DNA of 61,166 nt, taken from the sequence record PZ386952.1, one strand, 5' to 3'. A program made the position numbers and the translations under genes. The stretch comes from a phage. Positions 27,877 to 36,485 of the stretch are shown here, piece after piece (the first letter of the stretch is position 1; each line of letters opens with the position of its first letter). The notes below the pieces were generated by a model, which saw only the letters and a list, made by a program, of their open reading frames with translations, made no database searches and was not told the DNA's origin.

Positions 27877-28826
27877 ACACGTTCTCCAATTAATACACCG
27901 CGAAGGTTTTCCCCAAAGAATGCGCAAGGTTGCGGATACAAACTAAAGTCCGCAGTCTTAACCACATTTTCGAGCAATAGCAGGATATCAATATTGTACA
28001 CTCCCGTTATTGTGCGGTCCTGTAATACGAAGCTTGCACCTTCTGCATCATCGTAATGAGTACGCGCTAGACCGTTTTCAATATATACGCGAGGACGATC
28101 TTCCGCAAAAGGTTTGATTTTATGCAAGCCCTCAAAAAGACCTGGATCAACAGGATGCGCATTGCATTGAACATTTAAAATACGACGTATATCTGGCCAC
28201 TCTGCATCAATAAGCTGTGTGCGCAACCAGCGACCTTCCGGATAATGAAACGTTACGTTATTTTTACTAACCTGAATATGCGTCGGGTTAGCTTTAATAC
28301 GCAGTATTTCTTTAATAGCAACAGACGGTATTATGCAGTCAATAGGGAACTGATTACCAAACCAGTATTCCGCAATAGTGACGTTATTTGTAGCAAACAG
28401 ACTACCGTTATTAATCAGGATACCGCAAGCCCACGGGCGGGACGCATCTGAGCCTACAAACGGAGCGACAGACTTCACACCGTGTACAAAGCGAGCACCG
28501 TCTATTTCGTACAAATCGCCTTCAGGGAATACGTGCGGCGTTTCTTTATCAATGCAGCGTATAGCAACACGAAACGGACCTGACTTGATATTCAGCTTAC
28601 CGTTAGCCATCATTGTTAACTGCACTGTTTCATCACAGTTTGAGATAGCTTTAATCATAGGCCCAGCTTCGGGCTTGCAATCAATATCCAACTCAATAGG
28701 GCTACCCAGTGCGATAACACCGTTAAAGCCTTGCACCTGCCCGTCACGAATAAGAAAGCTGGTAAGCCCTTCTACCAGTTCTTTCTTTGCTACGGAACCT
28801 TGAACAAATTTAAGAGCGTCAAGCAT
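27873..28826 (-). CDS. sliding clamp-like protein (DnaN/beta-clamp-like)
   Basis: 317 aa; N-terminal ALKFVQGSV and internal segments (SGPFRVAIR...FP, DIRRILN) recall the beta-clamp fold pattern; adjacent to DNA polymerase; not verified. Confidence 0.4.
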   Translation of the reverse strand: MLDALKFVQGSVAKKELVEGLTSFLIRDGQVQGFNGVIALGSPIELDIDCKPEAGPMIKAISNCDETVQLTMMANGKLNIKSGPFRVAIRCIDKETPHVFPEGDLYEIDGARFVHGVKSVAPFVGSDASRPWACGILINNGSLFATNNVTIAEYWFGNQFPIDCIIPSVAIKEILRIKANPTHIQVSKNNVTFHYPEGRWLRTQLIDAEWPDIRRILNVQCNAHPVDPGLFEGLHKIKPFAEDRPRVYIENGLARTHYDDAEGASFVLQDRTITGVYNIDILLLLENVVKTADFSLYPQPCAFFGENLRGVLIGERV

Positions 28827-29059
28827 TAGGAATCCCCATCTAAGTCTACAAGATACTCAATCTTTAATCTAAAAGGCCCCATATACGATGTAATGGCCAT
28901 AATACGACCCTCGTTTTTCTCCCATATCCAGGGCTCAGGGGGCGGTGGGTAACTTTTGGTACATAGCCCGCGTTTGTTAACTTAGCGATAGCAACACGAC
29001 CTACCGCTTTACCCCAGCTTTAGATTGGGAAGTAATATATTCTTCACACACTGGTGTCA

Positions 29060-29287
29060 TTAGCGGTCCTCGATTGCTCTAATTGTGGTTAAGTCTAATT
29101 CACAAGTTGGAGGGTATCCATAAAGTCCCATTTGTTTTCCTTGTGCATTAAACCATGTACCTGACGGATCCTGCCACTGCTTAGGTGTCTTGTGGAGAAA
29201 TACTACTCTGTTTTCACCGTAATAATTAATTCTTACGCCTGTGTGAGTATATTTACGTTTTCCTTTTGGTCTTCTTAAGTTAGCCAT
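29060..29287 (-). CDS. hypothetical protein
   Basis: 75-aa basic ORF directly downstream of DpdA. Confidence 0.4.
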   Translation of the reverse strand: MANLRRPKGKRKYTHTGVRINYYGENRVVFLHKTPKQWQDPSGTWFNAQGKQMGLYGYPPTCELDLTTIRAIEDR

Positions 29288-30207
29288 CAGAACAACTCCA
29301 TTACACGATCACGGAATGTACCGTCATGGGTAGCGTTAATGTTTGCAGCAATTACACCATACGCCCATAAGTTGAAGGCGGCACGTGATTCATAGATTGT
29401 TGATAAACGTTCGTAAGTGAAACCGTTTTGCTCAAGGTATTTAAGGACAGCGTCTTGTTCAATTTCAGTTAATGTTGAGACATGCTTACCAAAATGATGG
29501 CGGTCCGGTGACTTATCCGATACGCGCATTGGTCCCCACGGAGGGGTAACCACACTTCCGAACGCTGCCGCTTGAATCCAGGAGGATGAGTCACAGCTAT
29601 ACCACGGATAACGCTCCATAATGGTTGTGGACGTAATACCAAACGCATGAAGTTTAATCTTAGCACGTCCGCTACCGTCGCAAATATATTTGTCCCACAT
29701 GCGGTCAAGCCAAGTCTTAAGCGTGTCCGTGGAACGCCCTACCATGCCCCCGATGGTGATATATTCGTAGTTCTTCATGTAGTATTCAAGATAGCGGAAG
29801 TCTTCACCAAAGTGAAAGCAAGGTAACGGTTTAGCACCGCGTGCTTCCATTTCAAGCTGATTACGGTAGGTTTGTAACGGATCGCCGATACCATCGAGTA
29901 CCGACGCCATTACCGCACCATCTTCTACCCGCAGGATATCTTTATTGCGTTTGATGTACTCACAGTATTCAACAATATCAATGTGAGCACCTAACGAGTG
30001 CGCAGAGAATGCACCGGAGTCAAGAAACACTTTAGCCCCGTCCGCACGCATCTGATCAACATACTTCTGACGTCCAACGTAGTGGTAGGATTCCAAAATA
30101 TGGGGCAGATTGCGCGTGATATTTTTCTCATGCTCTGACAGTTTTTCATAACGCTGCTGCCCAGGCATATATCCGTTCGTGTAAACTGCTGCCATAAAAA
30201 CGTTCAT
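29287..30207 (-). CDS. dpdA: 7-deazaguanine DNA transglycosylase (tRNA-guanine transglycosylase-like, DpdA)
   Basis: 306 aa; TGT-like FLDSGAFS aspartate motif; located in preQ0 biosynthesis cluster. Confidence 0.75.
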   Translation of the reverse strand: MNVFMAAVYTNGYMPGQQRYEKLSEHEKNITRNLPHILESYHYVGRQKYVDQMRADGAKVFLDSGAFSAHSLGAHIDIVEYCEYIKRNKDILRVEDGAVMASVLDGIGDPLQTYRNQLEMEARGAKPLPCFHFGEDFRYLEYYMKNYEYITIGGMVGRSTDTLKTWLDRMWDKYICDGSGRAKIKLHAFGITSTTIMERYPWYSCDSSSWIQAAAFGSVVTPPWGPMRVSDKSPDRHHFGKHVSTLTEIEQDAVLKYLEQNGFTYERLSTIYESRAAFNLWAYGVIAANINATHDGTFRDRVMELF

Positions 30208-30437
30208 TTTTGGAAGGGCCCTCCAAACTGGTCAATTAATTCTAAAGTACGCCACGCTTCATTAAATGCTTCGTCCGCGCGATGTTTAGCGTCAATAAGC
30301 TGCTGCTTTAAAACATCTGTAGGCGCATCATTCTGTATTGCAGAGCAAGCATCCGCAGTACCTGCTTTAAGCTGGTAGAATGCTGTCTCTAATATTAGTT
30401 GTCTTGACATATTTCCTCCAATGACTAAAAAGCCCAT
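30204..30437 (-). CDS. hypothetical protein in deazaguanine cluster
   Basis: 77-aa ORF between FolE and DpdA, overlapping DpdA start. Confidence 0.4.
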   Translation of the reverse strand: MGFLVIGGNMSRQLILETAFYQLKAGTADACSAIQNDAPTDVLKQQLIDAKHRADEAFNEAWRTLELIDQFGGPFQK

Positions 30438-30481
30438 ACCAGTATTATGACCGATATGGGCTTGATCTGTAAAGCTATCTA

Positions 30482-31084
30482 TTATTTACAAGCTTCAAGG
30501 AACTCACGGCGCCAAACAGCGCCCATTGTCCCATCCCCACGGTTGAGGGTAGCACCGCGGAATGCTTTAGTGATAGTAGAGCTACCGCATACCTGCTTAA
30601 CTCCGCGCGACTCCATGCACATATGTTTCGCGTCAATATAAACACAAACAGCTTTCGGGTCTAAATGCTCCTGGATAGCATCTGCAATCTGGTTAGTAAG
30701 ACGTTCCTGAACTTGCAGTCGACGACTAAAAGCATCCACAACGCGAGACAGCTTACTAAGCCCAACGATCTTCCCATTGGGGACATAACCCACAACAGCG
30801 CGACCGATAATGGGGGCCATGTGATGTTCACAATGACTGTATACAGGAATATCACGGACAATGACCATTTCATCCGTACCTTCCGCACCATCTTCAAAGG
30901 TTTTAAACAATCCAGCAATATCTACATCGTAACCGCCAAACCACGTTGCATAAGCTTTAGCGACGCGCGATGGAGTTTCAACCAGGCCTTCACGCAGGTT
31001 ATCTCCACCTTCAATCAACTTTAAAATCTTTTCAATGCTGTGCGAAATTTCTGCTCTGTTTGTCATCTTTGTAAATTCATTCAT
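30482..31084 (-). CDS. folE: GTP cyclohydrolase I
   Basis: VYSHCEHHMAPIIG and HMCMESRG active-site motifs; GLSKLSRVVD...QVQERLT. Confidence 0.9.
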   Translation of the reverse strand: MNEFTKMTNRAEISHSIEKILKLIEGGDNLREGLVETPSRVAKAYATWFGGYDVDIAGLFKTFEDGAEGTDEMVIVRDIPVYSHCEHHMAPIIGRAVVGYVPNGKIVGLSKLSRVVDAFSRRLQVQERLTNQIADAIQEHLDPKAVCVYIDAKHMCMESRGVKQVCGSSTITKAFRGATLNRGDGTMGAVWRREFLEACK

Positions 31085-31119
31085 GGTTTACAGTTTCCTT
31101 GTTGTTAATGTGGTCATAC

Positions 31120-31641
31120 TTACAGGCTATAGTTTACGTGACATTTCGAAGTTTCTTCGATGGTGCATTCTACAAGTTGAACACCATGTTCGTCAAGCAG
31201 TTGCGGCCCAATTACTTCAACCATGTACGCAGCTAAGTTTTCAGCGGTCGGGTTGAATGGAAGTGACACCAGCGAACCTAAATAATCCATTTGATCCCGA
31301 TGCGACATATTATCCATAGTTGTCGTATCTACAAATTTATTTAAGCTCTCAATGAGCGGATCATGCTCCCAGTGCAGGAACTTATGGTCCCAATTATCTT
31401 CCAACCACTGGCAGAGCGTAGTTTTAACCACACTGAAATCGATAACGCGACCAACGCTGTCCAGCTTATTTTTTTCTAAAGTTAACCCTTGCCCATTAGA
31501 GGGCGCAGTCACTTTCAACTTTGGTGCAACCTTAAAATGAAACTTATAGTTATGCCCGTGAAGGTGGCGGCATTTGCTTTCATGACCTACAACACGATGT
31601 CCAGCGCAAATTTCATGTGAACGAATTACTGTATAGCTCAT
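31120..31641 (-). CDS. queD: 6-carboxy-5,6,7,8-tetrahydropterin synthase
   Basis: CAGHR ... CRHLHGHNY (CxxxHGH zinc motif) typical of QueD/PTPS family. Confidence 0.85.
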   Translation of the reverse strand: MSYTVIRSHEICAGHRVVGHESKCRHLHGHNYKFHFKVAPKLKVTAPSNGQGLTLEKNKLDSVGRVIDFSVVKTTLCQWLEDNWDHKFLHWEHDPLIESLNKFVDTTTMDNMSHRDQMDYLGSLVSLPFNPTAENLAAYMVEVIGPQLLDEHGVQLVECTIEETSKCHVNYSL

Positions 31642-32207
31642 TTTAATACCTCTTTAGATTGTTCAATTTCCAGCGCACGTTGTGCGGACGCAATAATGTC
31701 TTTCAAATCTTCTACCAGACTTTTATGACCGCGTTCGCCCGGCTGCAACGCTTTTTTGATTAAATGCTGCAAAGCTGGGTTAGTTGTTTCCCAGGCGGTA
31801 AGAACATCATACACATCTACAACAATTGAAGCAACATGCCCGTCAATATCTTTACCGCGGATAAGGCGCTGGTATTTGGTCAGACGGTTATCTTCAGGAT
31901 AGCTCTGGTAACGTGCTTCTGGAACCGTCATTGCAATTTCCATCACTTCTTTAAACTCGTGCTCGGTTATCGGACCTTCGCTAGCTTGTTTGACGTAATC
32001 ATCCGCAACGATATATCGCCAGGCTACTACATCCGACATCTTGAGTGGTAATGGTTTGAGGTTGTCTGTATACCAATCCCAACCAGTTCTATAATTCTTA
32101 ACAATATTACCGCTAGCTAATTGAACTTCAAACTGCTCGTTTTGTAGAAAGATAGGCATCCCTTTGCCATCATGCTTGTGCCAAATTTTATTCAAATTAT
32201 CTTTCAT
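31638..32207 (-). CDS. hypothetical protein embedded in deazaguanine cluster
   Basis: ATG at 32207 with RBS GAGAGCG (track start 32252); 189 aa; no motif recognised. Confidence 0.45.
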   Translation of the reverse strand: MKDNLNKIWHKHDGKGMPIFLQNEQFEVQLASGNIVKNYRTGWDWYTDNLKPLPLKMSDVVAWRYIVADDYVKQASEGPITEHEFKEVMEIAMTVPEARYQSYPEDNRLTKYQRLIRGKDIDGHVASIVVDVYDVLTAWETTNPALQHLIKKALQPGERGHKSLVEDLKDIIASAQRALEIEQSKEVLK

Positions 32208-32209
32208 TT

Positions 32210-32689
32210 TTACGCTCTCGCTGTACGTGAATGAACTTCGTAAACAACCCAAAGGATCGCGGATGCTGTGAACTTACTTAAGCTCATTGCCACCATCGAT
32301 CCCGGATTAACAATACCTATAATACTTAAGAATACAATGGAGTCAATTGGTACAGCTACTAAAGAGCTGATAAATACACGTTGATGGAACGGCTTCTTAG
32401 TAATCGTGTATACCGCATAGTCCGCAAACTCGCTAAGAGCAAAGGACGCAACAGATGCAACTACAACCGCAGGATTGCCAAACACCCAGCTAAGGACGCA
32501 ACCGACAATCATTGCAGGGATAACGCCTTTACCAGCGTTACGCTGTGCATAGTCGCGCAACACAAAGATAATACCTACAAAGAAAGCCATCATTGGGACT
32601 ACGCCAAGCGGCGTGTTAAGCATCGGAAGGTAGGAAAAGCCCAGGTTTACGAATGTAATTGCAGCCAGATAAGCAACGATAAATTTCAT
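32210..32689 (-). CDS. membrane transporter, YhhQ/VUT-like (putative queuosine precursor transporter)
   Basis: 159 aa, multiple TM helices; placement between QueD and QueC; family assignment by context. Confidence 0.45.
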   Translation of the reverse strand: MKFIVAYLAAITFVNLGFSYLPMLNTPLGVVPMMAFFVGIIFVLRDYAQRNAGKGVIPAMIVGCVLSWVFGNPAVVVASVASFALSEFADYAVYTITKKPFHQRVFISSLVAVPIDSIVFLSIIGIVNPGSMVAMSLSKFTASAILWVVYEVHSRTARA

Positions 32690-32764
32690 ACTTTTGTTCT
32701 CCAGTTTTAACAGCGCTATTCGCTGGTTGTTGGGTTTAAAAGCTTTAGTAGTATAGTTGGGTTA

Positions 32765-32800
32765 CCGCACCCTAAACAATGCGCTAGCGGTGCGGTTTTC
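32765..32800 (+). other. stem-loop with + strand U-tract between YhhQ-like and QueC genes
   Basis: ACCGCACC ... GGTGCGGT 8-bp stem followed by TTTC on + strand. Confidence 0.35.
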
Positions 32801-32809
32801 GCGGTAAGA

Positions 32810-33532
32810 TCAAACGTGTTTGCTGTAAGCGTTATCCATAAATTCAGTGTAACCCTTAGCACGGAGTTTACACGCCGGGCATTCCCCGCAACCGTATCCC
32901 CAGTCATGCAGAGTACGACGGACGCCGTTATAGCAAGTATGGGACTGCTCAATTACTGTGGTTAAGAAGCCAACCTTATCCGCCAGCTCAAACGTTTCTG
33001 CTTTATTTAAACGCATAAGCGGAGTAACAAAATGGATATCTGTTTCATATCCAACGTTTAACGTAGCTTCAAGCAGATCTACAAACTGCTGGCGGCAATC
33101 CGGATAACCGCTATAGTCTGTTTCACAAACGCCTGTAACCACATATCGAGCTCCAACCTTCTGCGCGTAGGCGTGCGCGGTAGTCAGGAAAAGAGCATTA
33201 CGGTTTGGCACAAAGCTTGCCGGAAGGTTGTTGTGCTGTTCGTGATGTTCGTTAACATCACCTTCATTCCCGATTAAAGCGCTATTGCCAATCTGTCTCA
33301 AAGCAGGTAATTCAAAGACAACAAATGGGACATTATGCTCTTTACAAATTTGATTAGCACAAGCCAGCTCAATGTTATGACGTTGACCGTATGCAAAACC
33401 AATAGCGTAAACTTTATCATAGTTATTAAGCGCAAGACCTAGGCAAGTCACGCTGTCCTGGCCGCCAGACAGGACCACAACGGCGGAGTTATGATTTTTT
33501 ACAGGGAATACCAGTTTATCTAATTTATTCAT
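32810..33532 (-). CDS. queC: 7-cyano-7-deazaguanine synthase
   Basis: VVLSGGQDS PP-loop; C-terminal CYNG...CGECPACKLR zinc-binding Cys cluster; 240 aa, no fused amidotransferase domain. Confidence 0.9.
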   Translation of the reverse strand: MNKLDKLVFPVKNHNSAVVVLSGGQDSVTCLGLALNNYDKVYAIGFAYGQRHNIELACANQICKEHNVPFVVFELPALRQIGNSALIGNEGDVNEHHEQHNNLPASFVPNRNALFLTTAHAYAQKVGARYVVTGVCETDYSGYPDCRQQFVDLLEATLNVGYETDIHFVTPLMRLNKAETFELADKVGFLTTVIEQSHTCYNGVRRTLHDWGYGCGECPACKLRAKGYTEFMDNAYSKHV

Positions 33533-33533
33533 T

Positions 33534-33722
33534 TTAGAAACCTTTAAGACTAATATTGAGGTTAATGACTACTTGTTCCACCACCGCTTCAGATGTTACC
33601 TGACGCTGGTGTATTTCAAGCTCCGAATGTATTTTCTTTGATGCAGCGCGGCAAATAGCGTCATTCAACTCGTCCTGTAAACGTTGCATCTTCTGCATAA
33701 GAATCACAATCTCTTCATTCAT
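33534..33722 (-). CDS. small helical hypothetical protein
   Basis: 62-aa ORF between QueE and QueC. Confidence 0.35.
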   Translation of the reverse strand: MNEEIVILMQKMQRLQDELNDAICRAASKKIHSELEIHQRQVTSEAVVEQVVINLNISLKGF

Positions 33723-33927
33723 CTTCTACACCTTTAATATCACAAGGATTGATTGTTACATTTGACATCACAATTGGATGATTGCGTGCCCCGATTGTAC
33801 TAACGTGATTAATATCTAATTCTACATGCACTCCCTGCATGGTAGCGTGAGCAATTGCAGAATTAAGTTTTTTCTACCAGCTCAGTGATCATTTCCTGAT
33901 GCTGTTTCGCTTCTTCCAAAGTGATCA

Positions 33928-34635
33928 TTATTCCACCCCAATATATTTGTGAACCTGAAGCTGCAACGTGTACCCGTGTTTCATACAGCTTTGGACAACC
34001 GCTTGGATGTTACTGTGGTTAAGATCTTCATCCTGCTCGTCCATTGGCTGTAAATATATCTTACCCTTGAACCCCTTCGGAGGTCTAGCGATAAATGGCG
34101 TAGCTTGATGATCTAATGCTTGAAGAGGTAAACCGTCTTCCACGTTTACACAGCACGCTTTAAGTACATATTTAAATGCATTAGCGCGGTACAGCACAGA
34201 AGGATGAATCTTTGAAGTCTTAGGACTGCATACAATGACAGGTAGCTGGGAAAAGTTCTTAGGTAAAGGCATAGACCCATTAGTTTCAATTTGCACCAAA
34301 TAACCCCGCGATAACAGTTGTTCAATAAACGGGTTAATTTGCTGACGGAACGGTTCACCCCCAGTAATAACCACAAGTGAAGTGGTGTTGCCGGATTCCA
34401 GCTTACGGCTTTCAATTATGCGCATAATATCAACAATGTGATAAAGACTACGACCAATAGTATAATCCGTATCACAGCCCGGACATTGCAGGTTGCACCC
34501 AGCAAGACGCACAAATACAGCAGGCTGGCCGCAGAATGGACCTTCGCCCTGAATGGTAGAGAATACCGAATGCACGTCTAAATATATATCGTTTTCTTTA
34601 GAACGAGACTCGGGAGCTTGTTGATTAATATTCAT
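33928..34635 (-). CDS. queE: 7-carboxy-7-deazaguanine synthase (radical SAM)
   Basis: FSTIQGEGPFCGQPAVFVRLAGCNLQCPGCDTDYT signature with Cys triad; ITGGEP. Confidence 0.9.
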   Translation of the reverse strand: MNINQQAPESRSKENDIYLDVHSVFSTIQGEGPFCGQPAVFVRLAGCNLQCPGCDTDYTIGRSLYHIVDIMRIIESRKLESGNTTSLVVITGGEPFRQQINPFIEQLLSRGYLVQIETNGSMPLPKNFSQLPVIVCSPKTSKIHPSVLYRANAFKYVLKACCVNVEDGLPLQALDHQATPFIARPPKGFKGKIYLQPMDEQDEDLNHSNIQAVVQSCMKHGYTLQLQVHKYIGVE

Positions 34636-34644
34636 CTTAAATCC

Positions 34645-34679
34645 TCTAGTGAAAAAGAAAGCGCCTCATTGGGCGCTTT
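34645..34679 (-). terminator. rho-independent terminator (minus strand)
   Basis: AAAGCGCC-CAATGA-GGCGCTTT hairpin followed on - strand by CTTTTTCACT. Confidence 0.45.
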
Positions 34680-34704
34680 CATTATAACGTGATATGTTTT
34701 GATA

Positions 34705-35517
34705 TTACAAGCCGTTCAGGGCTTCCGGTACTGGTACAGGTACGCGACCAGTCACACCATTAAATTTCTTCCAGCGTGCATACTGGGTTTTAACAGTATC
34801 TTCGTTCAGACCATGTCGACCAGCCAGGTTCAGAACATAAGAGATCGGAGCAGGCTGACCCAGCGTAGCGCTAATCTGGTCCATCAGAGCCCAGGCACGA
34901 CCGCAGGAAGTTTCCGGTTGTGGACGACGAACACCGTTCTGTTCCGGCATACGATTAGCTTCTTTTTCTTTCTCGCGGAGCTCTTTAGCGCGTGCTTTTT
35001 CCGCTTCTTTTTCTGCCTGTTTTGCAGCACGGATCTTGTCTTTGAAGCCTTTAATAGTAGCTTCCAGACCATCCACCAGACCCTGGGCAGAAGTTACAGC
35101 ACCGGACAGGTCTTCACCTTTAGACTTCTTAACGACAGCTTTCAGCTCTTTCAGAGCTTCTTTAATGGTCTTCAGGTTTGCAGATCCCTGAGTTTCTGCT
35201 TCCGTGATTTGTTCAACAGTGCTTTCGTCGGTGACGGTAGCCAAAGAGTTTTTCAGGATTTCAGCAGCGTTAGCAATCGCATTGAATTTGTTTTCCGCTT
35301 CAGTGCGGATTTCAGCTTGTTTCTTTTCAGCGGCAGCTTTTTTCTCTGCTTCTTTTTTCTCTTTTGCTACGCGTGCAGCTTCAGCGGCAGCGGCTTTCTT
35401 AGCTTCTGCATCATTCACAGTAGCTTCTTTCTTTGCAGGTTTAGCAGATTTTGCAGCGGCAGCAGCGGCAGCAGCGGCAGCAGCTTTTTTATCTTCAATG
35501 TTGCTCATTCTCTTCAC
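34705..35517 (-). CDS. Ala/Lys-rich protein with C-terminal putative DNA-binding domain
   Basis: 270 aa; poly-Ala run, KEKKEAEKK-type charged helices; C-terminal ~60 aa globular with HTH-like character. Confidence 0.5.
   Translation of the reverse strand: MKRMSNIEDKKAAAAAAAAAAAKSAKPAKKEATVNDAEAKKAAAAEAARVAKEKKEAEKKAAAEKKQAEIRTEAENKFNAIANAAEILKNSLATVTDESTVEQITEAETQGSANLKTIKEALKELKAVVKKSKGEDLSGAVTSAQGLVDGLEATIKGFKDKIRAAKQAEKEAEKARAKELREKEKEANRMPEQNGVRRPQPETSCGRAWALMDQISATLGQPAPISYVLNLAGRHGLNEDTVKTQYARWKKFNGVTGRVPVPVPEALNGL
35450..35486 (-). repeat. GCN trinucleotide repeat encoding poly-Ala
   Basis: (GCAGCGGCA)n-type run read directly in sequence. Confidence 0.8.
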
Positions 35518-35635
35518 TCCGAATTGTTATGGGTTCGTTTGTTACCAACGGGGTTAAATGTACCAAAGGATTTTGTGACACGCAACCCCTTATCTGAATA
35601 TTTTTAAAAATATTTTTGATCAAGCTTAGAACTTA

Positions 35636-36130
35636 CTAGCTCTTTGCCCCTCTGCCCGGCGTCCATGCAGCTTGCAATGCAGGTTGCTCACAAACGACCC
35701 TGGCACCGGAAATAATACCACCCTCCCGTTCAGCATCGTATTTGACACGGGCAGGTTTCCAAAGTCCTTCATCCATTGACGGAACGTATTGCCCAATTTG
35801 AGGTGAGCAAAAGCCTTGGATATCGTATTCCACACAGAATTCTGCTTGTGCGCTGATTTGGGCGTGATCCAGGATTGTTTCTGGAAGTTGCGTAAAGTAA
35901 TCAAACAAAATGCGCTCAACGATTTCCCGTTCATAAGGTGCAGCTCCTAAATTTTCTGTCAAGTTAATATAAAGCATTTGAAGATCAACATCTTCAAGAT
36001 CGTGTAAATCGTCTACTGGTGTTACCAGTGTTGACTCTGGACAACAGATAATTCCAAGTTGGTGTAGTGTCAACCAATTGGGATGCTTTGCCAAGAGTTC
36101 AAATTTATCTGTATCAATTAAGATATACAT
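35636..36130 (-). CDS. hypothetical protein
   Basis: 164-aa acidic ORF. Confidence 0.4.
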   Translation of the reverse strand: MYILIDTDKFELLAKHPNWLTLHQLGIICCPESTLVTPVDDLHDLEDVDLQMLYINLTENLGAAPYEREIVERILFDYFTQLPETILDHAQISAQAEFCVEYDIQGFCSPQIGQYVPSMDEGLWKPARVKYDAEREGGIISGARVVCEQPALQAAWTPGRGAKS

Positions 36131-36441
36131 TAGCGGTATACCTGCGTAGCGTTGATGAGCGCTTCCAACTTGTGAGCAATATAGGACAAGTGATTACCGT
36201 AGTCCTGATTGTTTTTGTACTCAAACCAGGCTTCAAAGAGTTTAACACCTTCATGTTCGCCAACACGAAATGTATCATGAGTTGTGGTTACGACAGATTC
36301 TCCACTATGCGGATGCGCACCGCTAATAGAGACAACAGTACCAAGATCAATAACCGTACCTCCTTTTAACTGATAAAGAGCGCAACCATTATCAACTTCA
36401 AGTCCGCGAACAATACGATTTGCCATTTGTCTACCCTCCAA
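36130..36441 (-). CDS. hypothetical protein
   Basis: 103-aa ORF, stop overlaps next start. Confidence 0.4.
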   Translation of the reverse strand: MEGRQMANRIVRGLEVDNGCALYQLKGGTVIDLGTVVSISGAHPHSGESVVTTTHDTFRVGEHEGVKLFEAWFEYKNNQDYGNHLSYIAHKLEALINATQVYR

Positions 36442-36485
36442 ATAAGTAATGCCCCAATAGTAGGGGCATTAAATGTTGAAGTCAA

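Noticed and set aside
34699-35607. 302-aa + strand ORF rich in Phe/Ser/Cys
   Set aside because: Antisense to the Ala/Lys-rich gene with no RBS; generated by the repeat composition.
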